A stretch of DNA of 64,000 bases from Longimicrobiales bacterium (GCA_965219445.1 CBDCNQ010000003.1:128001-192000), one strand, 5' to 3'. Positions 10,088-21,164 are shown, counted from the first letter of the stretch. The notes: generated from the sequence alone by a model not told the origin. Made by a program: numbers and translations.

Positions 10088-10648
10088 ATGAAGCGCATCC
10101 TTATCGCCGTCCTCGGCCTGCTGACGTTTTCGGCCGGTGCGGACGCACAGAGCATGGCACAAACGATCGAGCGCGCCCTACTGGCCGCGCCTGCGCGGGC
10201 CCGGGAGGACGCTACGGTCATCAGATGGAATGCCGACCACACGTATCGGACCCTCAAAGAGGGCTCGAGCCAGTTGGTCTGCTACGACCGATCCGGAGAT
10301 CCCGGCCAGCCGGCGTTCGCTGTGGCCTGCACAGCCAGCGGGAACCTGGACAGAATCGCACAAAACCGGCGGTTTGCGGCAGAGGGCGGAGACCGGGCGG
10401 GGTCTCGCGCGATGGTGGCCGCCGCCGCCGAGAATGGCACACGAGTCCCACCCGTCTTTGGGTCGGCGTGGATGGATCTGGGCGGCGACAGTCGGGCGAG
10501 CGCTCGGCCCCACACGACAATCGCTATGCCGGGCGCAACCGAAGCGAGTTCCGGCTTTCCTGAGAGTCGCGCGGGTGGTGGTGCTTTCATCATGGCTGCC
10601 GGCACTTCGGAGGCCCACCTGATGGTGCCCTACATCGTGGCGCCCTAG
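10088..10648 (+). CDS. Conserved-looking secreted hypothetical protein
   Basis: GGAGG RBS; signal peptide (ADA-Q); ALLAAP...C...C...AHLMVP pattern; followed by a terminator. Confidence 0.75.
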   Translation: MKRILIAVLGLLTFSAGADAQSMAQTIERALLAAPARAREDATVIRWNADHTYRTLKEGSSQLVCYDRSGDPGQPAFAVACTASGNLDRIAQNRRFAAEGGDRAGSRAMVAAAAENGTRVPPVFGSAWMDLGGDSRASARPHTTIAMPGATEASSGFPESRAGGGAFIMAAGTSEAHLMVPYIVAP

Positions 10649-10691
10649 AGCAAGTGGTCAGTGTCGCCGGCAGGTAGGAGCGCCGGTACGT

Positions 10692-10732
10692 CAAAAACGG
10701 GGCAAGGCCGATGCGGCCGTGCCCCGTTTTTG
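10692..10732 (+). terminator. Bidirectional intrinsic terminator
   Basis: AAAAACGGGGCA...TGCCCCGTTTTT hairpin. Confidence 0.8.
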
Positions 10733-11000
10733 CGTCAAATCGTCCTAAAACCCTCGCTAGCCCGCCTTTAAAAGGTGTGCTCGATCGCCGAAATTTCTTA
10801 TCTTGGAATCAAGTGGCCGAGTGACGTGTGTATGTTCCGTTCGCCATCAGCGGCCGTAGCGTGTTTCGGGGCGGATCTTCTCCGTTTCTCCGTTGTCCCG
10901 ATTTACAGCTTGACTTTGATGTAACGCGAGGTGCGTCTTGAGCTTGCGAATTCTTGCCCATCGCGGACCGAGTCAGGGCGCTCGGAAGGTGGGGCTCTAC

Positions 11001-13277
11001 ATGGCCTTGGTGATGGGGTTGGTCCTCGTCATCGTGCCGGGGAAGGTAGCCGGCCAGGCCGAGGCCGACGGGCAGGGTCAGTATGACCCCACCTCCGTGG
11101 ACGATAGGACCGTGGCACACGCGGGCATGGTTCCCGGTCGACCGACGGTCTGGCCCACTCGCACCGATACGCCTCCGGTTATCGATGGCCGCCTCGACGA
11201 TGAAATGTGGAGATCGGCGGCCCTGATCACTGAATTCGTGCAGCAGGCTCCCCTCGATGGTGCGCCCGCGACGGAGAAGACCGAGGTCTACGTCGCATAC
11301 GACTCGAGAAACATCTACTTCGCTTTCTATGCGCACTATGAGGACCCGTCGATCATGCGAGCGAACCGGGTAGACCGAGACCAAGCGCCCATGGACGATC
11401 TCATGACAGTCTACTTCGACACGTTCATGGACCAACAGAGAGGGTACGACTTCGACGTCAACGGCTACGGGGTGCAAGGCGACGGTATCATCAGCGCGGG
11501 TGGTCGCGGCGGGCCGATTCCGCGAGCGGATCGGTCGTGGGACGCGCTGTTCGATAGTGGCGGTCAGATCGTGGAGGACGGATTTACGGCGGAGATGGCG
11601 ATCCCCTTCAAGAGCCTGCGATACCCGAGCCGGGAGCGTGACATACCGCATCGGTGGGGCTTCCAGATCGTTCGCGAGGTAAAAAGCAAGGATCGGGAGA
11701 ACCAGGTCTGGGCGCCGATGTCTCGCGACGAGTCGAGCTTCTTTGCACAGATGGGCGTTCTGGAGGGCATGGTCAACCTCTCCAGCAGCCGAAATATCGA
11801 GATTCTCCCTACGTTCACGACCATCGAGCACGGCACGATCGACGAGACGGTTCCGGGATTCGCCCACACGGCCACCGATCCGGACGCCGGCGTCAACGTC
11901 AAGTACGGTGTCACGTCGAACCTGACTGCGGACTTTACGGTGAACCCGGACTTCTCACAGATCGAATCGGATCGAGCCCAGATCGAGGTCAACCAGCGGT
12001 TTCCGCTGTTCTTCCCCGAGCTACGGCCCTTCTTCTTAGAGGGCGCGGAAATGTTCGACGTTCCCGGGCGGGTGAGGTTCGTCCACACCAGGACGATTGT
12101 CGATCCCGACTACGGCGCCAAGCTGACCGGTAAGATCGGGGCGATGTCAATCGGGGTGATGGCGGCCAACGACGCCGCGCCCGGAAAGGTGGAGGACGAG
12201 CTGGATCCTGCTTTCGATCGCTCGGCCCAAACGTTCATCGGGCGGGCCAGGTACGATCTGTATGCGGAGTCGAACATCGGTGCCATCTTCACCGATAGGG
12301 AGTTTTTGGACGGATACAGCCGGCTTCTCGGAGTCGACGGCAATTTCCGCATGAGCCCGACCATCGCAGGGGCGATCCGCGGGTTCGGCGCTTGGAATGT
12401 CGACAGTGACGGGGCGGAGCGGCGTAACGGGCACGTGCTCGACGCCAGACTGCGCCAGAATGGCAGGAATGTGGACTGGTTTGCGTCGGCCTACGAGATC
12501 ACTCCGAACTTCGCCACCGACGTCGGATTCGTGCGGCGCACGGATGAGAGGCGGCTCAACGGTAACATAGGATACCGCTTCTGGCCGAATGGTCGAATCG
12601 TCAACTGGGGTCCCCGGATCCGAGTCATGCAGAACTGGGATTTCGACGGCGACGTCCAGGACGAACGTCTCGGTCTCAGCCTCAACTTCTCGCTTGCCGG
12701 CAACATTGGCTTGGGGGGGAATTATGATCGGGAGATGGAGCGGTTCGGCGGGATAGACTTCAATAAGACGAGGTTTTCTGCACGAGCCAACGTGAATAGC
12801 CGTTCATATTCGTTCGGCGGGAACTTCGGTGTGGGGGATGAGATCCTCTTCACTAGCGATCCGCAGTTAGGTCACGAGTTCCGTTGGAGCGTCAACGGTC
12901 AGGTGCGGCCCACGACGAGTCTCTCCACGCGCCTCAGCCTGAACGCGACCCGGTTGACGGTGGATGGCGTCCAGGAGTTCGACGTGAAGATCCTGCGTGC
13001 CACCAGCACCTATCAGGCCACCGAGAAGTTGGGCTTCCGAAACATCACGGAGTTCAACTCGCTGGATAGAGAGCTCGACTTCAACCTGCTAGCCACCTAT
13101 CGGATCAACGCCGGCACCGTCTTCTTTGTCGGCTACGATGACCACTACCAGCAGGCCGATCTCATCGAAGGGGACCGGGACGGCGACGGAATCGACGAGC
13201 GGCTCTTCTTCACGAAAGATCTACGCCGCACGAATCGCGCGATCTTCGTGAAGCTTCAGTACCTGCTTCGTTACTGA
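11001..13277 (+). CDS. DUF5916 / CBM9-like outer-membrane protein
   Basis: PVIDGRLDD..W; NPDFSQIESD..IEVNQRFPLFFPELRPFFLEG; C-terminal 'FVKLQYLLRY' beta-signal; start uncertain. Confidence 0.85.
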   Translation: MALVMGLVLVIVPGKVAGQAEADGQGQYDPTSVDDRTVAHAGMVPGRPTVWPTRTDTPPVIDGRLDDEMWRSAALITEFVQQAPLDGAPATEKTEVYVAYDSRNIYFAFYAHYEDPSIMRANRVDRDQAPMDDLMTVYFDTFMDQQRGYDFDVNGYGVQGDGIISAGGRGGPIPRADRSWDALFDSGGQIVEDGFTAEMAIPFKSLRYPSRERDIPHRWGFQIVREVKSKDRENQVWAPMSRDESSFFAQMGVLEGMVNLSSSRNIEILPTFTTIEHGTIDETVPGFAHTATDPDAGVNVKYGVTSNLTADFTVNPDFSQIESDRAQIEVNQRFPLFFPELRPFFLEGAEMFDVPGRVRFVHTRTIVDPDYGAKLTGKIGAMSIGVMAANDAAPGKVEDELDPAFDRSAQTFIGRARYDLYAESNIGAIFTDREFLDGYSRLLGVDGNFRMSPTIAGAIRGFGAWNVDSDGAERRNGHVLDARLRQNGRNVDWFASAYEITPNFATDVGFVRRTDERRLNGNIGYRFWPNGRIVNWGPRIRVMQNWDFDGDVQDERLGLSLNFSLAGNIGLGGNYDREMERFGGIDFNKTRFSARANVNSRSYSFGGNFGVGDEILFTSDPQLGHEFRWSVNGQVRPTTSLSTRLSLNATRLTVDGVQEFDVKILRATSTYQATEKLGFRNITEFNSLDRELDFNLLATYRINAGTVFFVGYDDHYQQADLIEGDRDGDGIDERLFFTKDLRRTNRAIFVKLQYLLRY

Positions 13278-13467
13278 GGGCGGGCGCGGGGGATCCTTCG
13301 TACGCCTGGACGGAGTCCGCGGCTACCGGATTGCGGCCTCGTTTCCCAATCTCATTCGTGGAAGCTGCGCGACTCGCGCATCCGCACTGCGCTTGACTAC
13401 CCGTTGACAGAGCCCTAGAAATCACTCCGCCCGGAGGATCTCGCTGAAGGGCGCCCGCGGGAGGACG

Positions 13468-15795
13468 ATGAATCAGATACGGCCAATGAAGGATTGGGGA
13501 CGTGAAATGAGGATTTCACGTGCGGTCCGGTGGATGGGTCTGTGGGCGCTCGGGGCTCTGATCCCCTCGCCCTCTGCTGCCCAGTACCGCCATCCAGTCG
13601 ACGCCGAGATGATACAGTCGGTGATGCCCGCAGCCGACAGTTTTTCCGTGAAGAGGGGCCTCCCACCCGTATACACCGCGTACGGCACCGGCTCGGATGG
13701 ATCGCCAGGGAACGTGATCGGTTACGTGTACCTGACTGCGAACGTACCGCCCGCAGTTTACGGCTACAGCAGCCGGATCGATGTGCTGGTGGGGATGGAT
13801 CTGCTGGGGCAGATCACGGGCATGCACATCGTCGACTACCGCGAATCGCTCAGCAGCTCCCATGGGGACTTTCTGAGAGGCGTCGGCCTCGAGGAGCAAG
13901 TGCTCGGCAAGCACATCGCCGAGTCATTCCAAGTCGGGAGGGATTTGCACGGCGTCAGCGGTGCATCGATATCCGCCCGAGCCATGTACCGCGGTGTCCG
14001 CAACTCTGCCCGCCGGGTGGCGCTCGCTTACCTGCAGGCTAACGAAACGTACGCGCCCCCGACCGATGCGGCGCTCGAGGATCTCACGTGGATGCAGATG
14101 ATTTCGACCGGCTATATCCGAACGATGCCGATCGAGAGGTTCAACGCGGTGGGCTTGGAGCTTTCATTCGCGTATATGGGGGATGAGGCGCTCGGAGGCC
14201 TTCTGATGGGCCCGGTGAGGTACCAAGACGTAGCCTCGCGTGTGGCTGGCTTGGCTGAGGACGATCACGCGATGTTCGTCGGTATCGACGGAAGCGCCGT
14301 CTCCGGATTCCGCAGCAACGCGCTCTCGATCCGCCAAGAAGAAGAAGTTTATCGGGTACCGAGTAGGCAAGTGATCTTCCTGGGAACGCCGTGGGAGGGC
14401 AAGGCGGCCGACCAGGTCGTATACACGCTGATCATGCGGATGGACAGCGCAGTCGATCTCGAGAAACCCTTCACTGTTGTCTACGATGACGGGACCGGCG
14501 GTGACTTCAGCGCGGACTACGCTATCCCGGCGGAGGTGCTGGCGTCCGTCGGCGAGCGAGCCGCTGCGGTGAGGTTGGCCGCTGGGGAGTCGACCGACGC
14601 AGAATCGACCGCGGCGGAGTCGACCGACGCAGAATCAACCGCGGTGGAGCTGACCGAGACGGAATCGGCTGTTGCGGAGGCCGCCGGCTCGGAAGACGGA
14701 GCGGCCTCCGTGAGCGAGCCGGCCTCCGCAGCACCGTCCGCCCCCGCGGAACCGGTCGCGGCAGAGGCGACCGCGGTGGAGGGAGCTGTCGAGGAGCCGA
14801 ACGGAGCGTCCTCGCTGCCCGGTGAGCTGATCGTGCCGGAAGGGGCTCTTGATTTGACGTCGGACGGCCCGCCCGAGGGCGCATCTGCCGGCTTGCCGGC
14901 GCTCCAGGGCATCGCGGAACTGGATTTTTCCGCCTTCGAGGATTTCGAGGATGAGACGGCTCTGTCTCGGTTGTTGCTCGAGACCCAATGGGCTCCTGTC
15001 ATTCGTTTGGTTCTCCTACTGGCTTTGGTGTTGTACGCCTTCTTCGCGAAGAATGAATGGGTACGGGGTGTCACTCTCGCTGTGACCCTCATCTACCTGG
15101 GATTCTTCGACGGTGGCTTCCTGTCCGTCTCGCATATCGCCAGTGGATTTGCCGTGGGTCCGGCTATCTACGTCAGGGATCTGGCGTTGCTGATCATGAT
15201 TGGCTTCACGGTGATCACGACTCTGCTTTGGGGCCGAGTGTTCTGCGGTTTTCTCTGCCCATTTGGAGTCCTGCAGGATCTGATCACACGTATCGTGCCG
15301 CGCCGTCTCCAGCGTGCATTCCCCCAGCGGATCCACGACCGAGCGCTCTACCTCAAATACGGGATACTGCTTCTGATTGTCGGCTTGGCGGCCGCCCCCG
15401 CGCATATCGGAGTGTACCAGTACTTCGAGCCCTTCGGGACGGTGTTCTACCTGAGTACCTCGCCGTTGTTGTGGAGTATCGCCGGTGGATTTCTTGTAGC
15501 GTCGGCCGTGGTCCCGCGGTTTTACTGTCGGTACGCGTGCCCGCTGGGTGCCGCCTTGGGCGTCGTTTCCTACCTGTCGATCTTCCGGATCAGACGTGTC
15601 GAGCAGTGCGTCCCATGCAAGGTGTGTGAAATCGCATGTCCTACCGGCGCGGTGCGTGGGCCCGAGATCGACTTCAAGGAGTGCGTCCGGTGTAACATCT
15701 GCGAGATCAAGTTGTTGACGAAGGCGGGGGTGTGTCGACACAGCATGGATGTCGTTCGAACCCGGCTGGTTCAGCTGGAAACCTCGGCTCGGTAG
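13468..15795 (+). CDS. NosR/NirI-like membrane protein: FMN-binding domain, acidic linker, TM helices, 4Fe-4S motifs
   Basis: VSGAS flavinylation-type motif; GRVFCGFLCPFG; RFYCRYACPLG; CVPCKVCEIACP; CVRCNIC. Confidence 0.85.
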   Translation: MNQIRPMKDWGREMRISRAVRWMGLWALGALIPSPSAAQYRHPVDAEMIQSVMPAADSFSVKRGLPPVYTAYGTGSDGSPGNVIGYVYLTANVPPAVYGYSSRIDVLVGMDLLGQITGMHIVDYRESLSSSHGDFLRGVGLEEQVLGKHIAESFQVGRDLHGVSGASISARAMYRGVRNSARRVALAYLQANETYAPPTDAALEDLTWMQMISTGYIRTMPIERFNAVGLELSFAYMGDEALGGLLMGPVRYQDVASRVAGLAEDDHAMFVGIDGSAVSGFRSNALSIRQEEEVYRVPSRQVIFLGTPWEGKAADQVVYTLIMRMDSAVDLEKPFTVVYDDGTGGDFSADYAIPAEVLASVGERAAAVRLAAGESTDAESTAAESTDAESTAVELTETESAVAEAAGSEDGAASVSEPASAAPSAPAEPVAAEATAVEGAVEEPNGASSLPGELIVPEGALDLTSDGPPEGASAGLPALQGIAELDFSAFEDFEDETALSRLLLETQWAPVIRLVLLLALVLYAFFAKNEWVRGVTLAVTLIYLGFFDGGFLSVSHIASGFAVGPAIYVRDLALLIMIGFTVITTLLWGRVFCGFLCPFGVLQDLITRIVPRRLQRAFPQRIHDRALYLKYGILLLIVGLAAAPAHIGVYQYFEPFGTVFYLSTSPLLWSIAGGFLVASAVVPRFYCRYACPLGAALGVVSYLSIFRIRRVEQCVPCKVCEIACPTGAVRGPEIDFKECVRCNICEIKLLTKAGVCRHSMDVVRTRLVQLETSAR
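14587..14646 (+). repeat. 30-bp coding tandem repeat (ESTDAESTAA/V) in the acidic linker
   Basis: GAGTCGACCGACGCAGAATCRACCGCGGYG x2. Confidence 0.8.
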
Positions 15796-15804
15796 GAGGC
15801 TCCA

Positions 15805-16839
15805 ATGTCCGACGCATCCGGTCGTGCCCTTCCAAGGCGCCAGGTTCTGCGGATCACAGCAGCGGTGGGCGCGTCCGCCGTGCTCGGCGGAGGACTGCTC
15901 AGAGTCGCCCTGGAGCGTGCAGGACTGCACCAGGTGCGCCGGACACGCACCCAGATGGGCACGCTGGTCACCATTTCCGCCGTGCACCCGGACGCCGAGG
16001 CCGCACGAACGATGGTGGCCACCACGTTCGATGAGATCGAGCGGCTGGAGAGCTTGCTGAGCCGTTACCGCACTGGCACCCCTGTATGGAAGCTCAACGA
16101 GACCGGGGTGGTTCGCTCTCCGCCTGGGGAGGTCCTCGAAGTGTTTCGGAAGGGAGTCGAATACTCGGCTCTGAGCGCGGGGGCGTTCGACATGACGATC
16201 GCTCCCCTGCTCAATCTCTACAATTCGAGCTTTTCCGAGACGGGAGCCGCACCGCCTCGAGAAGAGGTCCGGCGGGCTCTCGCGCTCGTCGGATTCCAGC
16301 ATGTCCACGTGAGTGACAGCGAGATCGCCTTCGGGAAGGCGGGAATGGCGGTGACGCTCGACGGGATCGCTAAGGGATACATCGTGGACCAGGCCGTCGA
16401 GGTTCTCCGGAAGCAGGGCGCCACGAGGGTGCTGGTAAACGCCGGTGGCGATATTGCGTCGTCGGGTGAGAGCCTCGGAGGGGACGCGTGGAGGATTGGG
16501 CTTCAGGACCCGCGCGTTGCTGATGGAAGCCTTGGAGTTCTGCTGCTGCGAGGCGAGTCTGTCGCCACCTCCGGAGACTATGTGCACTACCTCACGCCCG
16601 ACATGAGCCTGCACCATATCCTCGACCCCCGGACCGGGTCGTCGCCCGAAAACACAAGTGGGGTCTCCGTGGTGGCTCCGTCCGCGATGGCCGCGGATGC
16701 GTTGTCGACCGCTGCCCTGGTGCTGGGCCCCGGGGAGGGGATGGAGCTCCTCGACCGTCTCGACGGAATCGAGGGGATGATCGTTACGAAGGACCAGACG
16801 GTCCTGAGTTCGAGAGGGCTGAGAAAATACACCACGTGA
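15805..16839 (+). CDS. apbE: FAD:protein FMN transferase (ApbE) with twin-arginine signal
   Basis: RRQVL Tat motif; MGT; GAFDMT; LDGIAKGY; ATSGDY; HHILDPRTG; ADALSTA. Confidence 0.92.
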   Translation: MSDASGRALPRRQVLRITAAVGASAVLGGGLLRVALERAGLHQVRRTRTQMGTLVTISAVHPDAEAARTMVATTFDEIERLESLLSRYRTGTPVWKLNETGVVRSPPGEVLEVFRKGVEYSALSAGAFDMTIAPLLNLYNSSFSETGAAPPREEVRRALALVGFQHVHVSDSEIAFGKAGMAVTLDGIAKGYIVDQAVEVLRKQGATRVLVNAGGDIASSGESLGGDAWRIGLQDPRVADGSLGVLLLRGESVATSGDYVHYLTPDMSLHHILDPRTGSSPENTSGVSVVAPSAMAADALSTAALVLGPGEGMELLDRLDGIEGMIVTKDQTVLSSRGLRKYTT

Positions 16840-16951
16840 GGGCATCTCCGGTACTATTTTGAATAGGTGCCTATGAATTAGGTGCACCTTCGTTCGGACT
16901 CGTGTGTCGAGCCGCCGGGGGTATCCGATCCGGTACGATGAGGAACAGAGG

Positions 16952-17815
16952 ATGACGGAGGTGGGCAAGAGCCGATTGCGCAGGGGCGCCCTCATAACGT
17001 TTGGGGTGATGGCCGTCGTGTCCGTGGCGGCCCGTGTCTCGGTTGCACAGACGATCGACCAACGCCTGAGCGCCTCTCGTGGGTCGTCCGGAGGCACTGA
17101 GGGTTTTGTGGACCCCTCCGGGCGGGCCTTCACTTTCTGCCGAGTCGCCTACCGCCAAGTGCGCCGCGAGCCGAATGGGCAAGGCTGGCGCACGGACTAT
17201 CCGGATGCCGACCGGAACCTCATGCTCCGGCTCTCCCAACTCACGACGACGCCGATCCGGACGACCCCAGAGGGGCACCCCGACCATATCATCGTGCAGC
17301 TCACCGATGATGCCATCTTTCAGTGCCCGTTCGTCTTCATGTCCGACGTGGGGACAATGGCAATGAACCCTGAGGAGGCGGAGCGTCTCCGCGAATACCT
17401 CCTGCGGGGAGGGTTTCTTTGGGTCGACGACTTCTGGGGTGACTTTGCATGGGATGCCTGGGTTGAAGAGCTCGGCAAGGCGCTTCCGCCGGCCGAATAT
17501 CCGATCGCGGACATCCCCCCCGGCGATATAATCTTCAACGCGCTATACAACGTGTACGACGTGCCACAGGTGCCTTCTATTCAATTTTGGCGCCGGAGCG
17601 GCGGGAAAACGTCGGAGCGGGGCTCCGGCAGTGCCGTCCCGCATCTGAGAGGTGTGCGGGACGAGCAGGGGCGGATCATCGTCCTGATGTCCCATAACAC
17701 CGACGTCGCCGACGGCTGGGAGAGAGAGGGGGAGGACGAAGAGTTCTTCTTCGAGTTTTCTCCCAAGTCCTACGCGCTCGGGATCAACATCGTCTTGTAC
17801 GCGCTGACCCACTAG
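16952..17815 (+). CDS. DUF4159 domain protein
   Basis: W.TDYP.AD; LREYLLRGGFLWVDDFWG; NTD..DGWE; LGINIVLYALTH. Confidence 0.85.
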   Translation: MTEVGKSRLRRGALITFGVMAVVSVAARVSVAQTIDQRLSASRGSSGGTEGFVDPSGRAFTFCRVAYRQVRREPNGQGWRTDYPDADRNLMLRLSQLTTTPIRTTPEGHPDHIIVQLTDDAIFQCPFVFMSDVGTMAMNPEEAERLREYLLRGGFLWVDDFWGDFAWDAWVEELGKALPPAEYPIADIPPGDIIFNALYNVYDVPQVPSIQFWRRSGGKTSERGSGSAVPHLRGVRDEQGRIIVLMSHNTDVADGWEREGEDEEFFFEFSPKSYALGINIVLYALTH

Positions 17816-19452
17816 CCTTTGGCCGCGCCTCGGCGTTTGAGTTCCTCCTCGAACGCGACCAGCTCGAACTCGTCCTCGAACCCGGTCCGGTCGGGCGAGG
17901 GGAGGTAGGCGGTCAGGTCGACCTCACCAGCCAACTCGCGGTCGAAGGCGGCTTGCTCCCGGTCGGACGCCTCTCCCTCTGAATCCGCGCTGGAGTACAC
18001 TACGTCACCGAGTTCGGCATTCTCGAGCTTGAGTCGTCGCCGCACCGTCTCGCTGGCTAGGAACTGCTTCCGAATGGCCGGGAAGGAGAACCGAAGGGAA
18101 CTGCCTCCCGTGGACGATGCCTCCGCTGTGGACGACGGGACCGGACCGGACGGCCCGACTTCGCTGGACGACACGTCCGCATCGAACTCGGCAGCGAGCT
18201 GGTGAAGCGCCGCCTCGACCTCCGATGGATCTACGATCCGATCCTTCATCTTGGCCTGCACGTACGTGGTCGCCGCCTCGGCCGTGATGGAGCCGCCCCC
18301 CGCCAGCGCCTGTCGGTATACGAGTCCCAGGACCAACCGCCGCACATTACGGGCCTGACGGGCGCGGTTTTCCTTCCGGACGCTGATGACACGGAGGAGC
18401 GGGACCGAGAAGAAGAGGACGCTGAATACGACGGGAATGAGGACCAGACCCACAAACGCAGCGGTGCCTCCAATGCCGAGCTGGGGGAAGATGAACCACG
18501 GTGCCGTGGCGCCTGCCGTCAGCGTGAACCCGTTCATGCCGATGATGACCGCGTCGTGCTTTTTTTCGTTTCCCGTAAGCTCGAGGGGGTACTCCATCCG
18601 CATCCACGCCGGGTTCGGTTCCCGGGCTGTCACAGGTCCGTGGGCGCTCGTCATGAGCTCGGGAAATGCGTAGACAAGCTCGCCATCCGGGGACACGGTC
18701 GGCTCCCCAGCGTACGATCCCAGGAGCCGTCCCATTTCCTCCTCCGCCTCCGGCAGCGCGAGTGCCGTGTGTTCAACGAGTTCGGCGGTCGTGAGGGCCC
18801 CCCGCCGCGCGCGGATGAGGCGCAGTGTGCTGCGGTCGAGTTGCTTCCTGGTGGGCTTCGGTCGATCGGGCCCGAAAACAAACGCGAAGACCTTCTTGTA
18901 GAACGGAGGCCGGCTGTCTTTTTCGAGCGTCGCCTCCCAGCGGCGCCCGTAGTAGGGACTGCCCAGTCGCCAGCGCGGCGTCCAGATGTAGTACCAAAGC
19001 CAGAAGCTCGGGAAATGAAAGTGTCCGTGATGCCGGCCCGCGCCGCGCCCCCAGCTTCCGCCACTCCGCCGGTCTCCACCCCTGGACATCATCGCGACGA
19101 TCGCCGCGATGACCAGGGTCACGAAGACCACGAAATAGACGACGAGCATCGTAACGATCCATGCCTTGAATGCCCCGGTGAGCACCCTCTTGGCCGCGGC
19201 CTTGACCCGCTGGATCGTCGGGACCCGATCCCGTCGGATCAGCTTACGGTCGAAGAGGTAGACCACCTCTCCCGACTCGGATACCTCGAGATGCCCTTGG
19301 TGAGACTCCAAGAGGCTCTTGAGGGTGCCCTCGACTTCGTCCCGCGGTAAGCCCACGCTGGAGACGACATCTCCGAGGGTACCCCGCCCGCCAAGGGAAC
19401 GGAGGGCCTTGAGGACATCGGGTTGTGCTTCGGCGGTCGCGATGCTGTTCAC
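17812..19452 (-). CDS. Conserved membrane protein resembling the cyanobacterial/plastid At5g03900-like family
   Basis: Two winged-helix-like repeats (TLGDV...GHLEVSESGEVVYLF; G.PTVSPDGELVYAFPEL), VFAFVFGPD motif, TM helices; GAGG RBS before GTG. Confidence 0.65.
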   Translation of the reverse strand: MNSIATAEAQPDVLKALRSLGGRGTLGDVVSSVGLPRDEVEGTLKSLLESHQGHLEVSESGEVVYLFDRKLIRRDRVPTIQRVKAAAKRVLTGAFKAWIVTMLVVYFVVFVTLVIAAIVAMMSRGGDRRSGGSWGRGAGRHHGHFHFPSFWLWYYIWTPRWRLGSPYYGRRWEATLEKDSRPPFYKKVFAFVFGPDRPKPTRKQLDRSTLRLIRARRGALTTAELVEHTALALPEAEEEMGRLLGSYAGEPTVSPDGELVYAFPELMTSAHGPVTAREPNPAWMRMEYPLELTGNEKKHDAVIIGMNGFTLTAGATAPWFIFPQLGIGGTAAFVGLVLIPVVFSVLFFSVPLLRVISVRKENRARQARNVRRLVLGLVYRQALAGGGSITAEAATTYVQAKMKDRIVDPSEVEAALHQLAAEFDADVSSSEVGPSGPVPSSTAEASSTGGSSLRFSFPAIRKQFLASETVRRRLKLENAELGDVVYSSADSEGEASDREQAAFDRELAGEVDLTAYLPSPDRTGFEDEFELVAFEEELKRRGAAKG

Positions 19453-19594
19453 GCTGACCTCACCTGCCGGTTGTCGAGGGCCACGCCCTCCGGGTGTCGT
19501 AGATGAAAGCCCCACTCCTCCTAAGGAGATCCATGAGGGAGGAGGATGGTACTGGCCGTCGCATCAGGGTTCAAGGTGACGAGGTAGAGATACG

Positions 19595-19623
19595 TTGTTC
19601 TCGGCTACTCATACAGGTAGACT
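19595..19623 (+). promoter_or_regulatory. Putative sigma70 promoter of rnpB
   Basis: TTGTTC-17 nt-TAGACT immediately upstream of the RNase P P1 helix. Confidence 0.55.
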
Positions 19624-19634
19624 AAGTACACAAA

Positions 19635-20014
<380 letters not shown>

Positions 20015-20020
20015 GCCGTT

Positions 20021-20094
<74 letters not shown>

Positions 20095-20096
20095 CT

Positions 20097-20133
20097 GAAA
20101 ACGACCCCGGAGCTTCTGCCTCGGGGTCGTTTT
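20097..20133 (+). terminator. Intrinsic terminator after rnpB-tRNA
   Basis: AAAACGACCCCG...CGGGGTCGTTTTT. Confidence 0.85.
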
Positions 20134-20536
20134 TAACGCGGCTGGTTCGGATTCTTCCTGAGGTTCGAGCCGAGGCGGAGATGTGCAGTTCCGCGCAGCG
20201 GATCTGAATGCCGACCGCCGAGACGAGCGAGGAGGCCCAACGGGCCCCCGCAGCTCCATCCTGTCGGGCGTGGCGGGCATAACCAAGCTCCGCGCTCTTT
20301 CCGCACTGCGACGCTTTCTCGTTTCGCCAGTTGAGGTAACGGTCGATCTCCGCCCTGGCCTCTCCGCTCAGCGGTGTGATGAACAGGAGCCGCCGCCTTA
20401 CCGGCGCCGCTTTCTAATGGTCCCAAAGATCTGGCGTAAGGTCGACCGATCCAGATATTCTGTGCGCGTGTATACGTTCGATGCTTAGCCCGTTACACGG
20501 CGAAAAGTGTCGAATAAAAGGAGTTACAGAGCCCTC

Positions 20537-20940
20537 TCAGACACCCGGCCGAGGCTGGATTCGTGAGCGAATCACGCGGCTAGTGCTTCCTCATCGAGGT
20601 TTCCGGAAGCCAAGGCCAGCAATCTATCAAACACTTCGTCTTCGGGGGCGATGAAGTCGAGTCCGTTGAGGCCAAGAAAGATGACGGCGGCCAAAAACGA
20701 GATCCGCTTGTTTCCGTCTCGGAAGGGGTGACTGGAGCAAATTCCGAAAGCGTAGTCGGCAGCGAGCCGGGCCAGGTCCGACTCCGGCTCATAGGTCCAT
20801 CTCTGCCTTGCCCGGGCTAGGGCTGACTCCAGGGCATTCTCGTCGCGGATGCCCATCAGACCGCCGTGTTCGCGAATCTGGTCGAGATGGACGGCCTCAA
20901 TGACAAGCCGGGGAACCCACCGGGGCTCCGGCTGAGTCAC
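20537..20940 (-). CDS. doc: Doc/Fic-family toxin (type II TA); as written it stops at 20572 owing to a 1-nt deletion in the last helix
   Basis: HPFRDGNKR Doc motif; GIRDENALESALARA. Restoring one G gives ...ALAAWIRSRIQPRPGV* ending at 20537. Confidence 0.88.
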
Positions 20941-21164
20941 TTCGCGAGTTCTCTAAGAGCCCCCTGGTACCGTTTCTGAGCCTCGGCCGCGATTGCGAGC
21001 CCTTCCTCTACCGCTGGATTGTAGGGGCTGAGCAGAATCCCGTCTGCCGTCTCAACGGCAAGCACTTCGTCTCCCGCCTCAAGGTGGAGGCGCTCCGCCA
21101 TCTCCTTGGGCAGTGTGGCCCCGACAGATCCCCCCATTCTGCGTAATCTCACATTTCGAACCAT
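20937..21164 (-). CDS. AbrB/MazE-fold antitoxin
   Basis: LRRMGGSVGATLPKE...Y..ALRELAK; 4-nt overlap with the toxin start. Confidence 0.88.
   Translation of the reverse strand: MVRNVRLRRMGGSVGATLPKEMAERLHLEAGDEVLAVETADGILLSPYNPAVEEGLAIAAEAQKRYQGALRELAK

Noticed and set aside
13278..13467. Riboswitch (e.g. FMN) upstream of the NosR-like gene
   Set aside because: No conserved aptamer motifs were recognised; an Rfam/Infernal scan would be needed.
20134..20530. Possible integrase remnant after tRNA-Arg
   Set aside because: No tyrosine- or serine-recombinase motifs were recognisable in the short ORFs there.
20572..20574. TGA in doc as selenocysteine or Trp readthrough
   Set aside because: The conserved continuation (WIRSR) is in a different frame, so this is a 1-nt deletion, not recoding.
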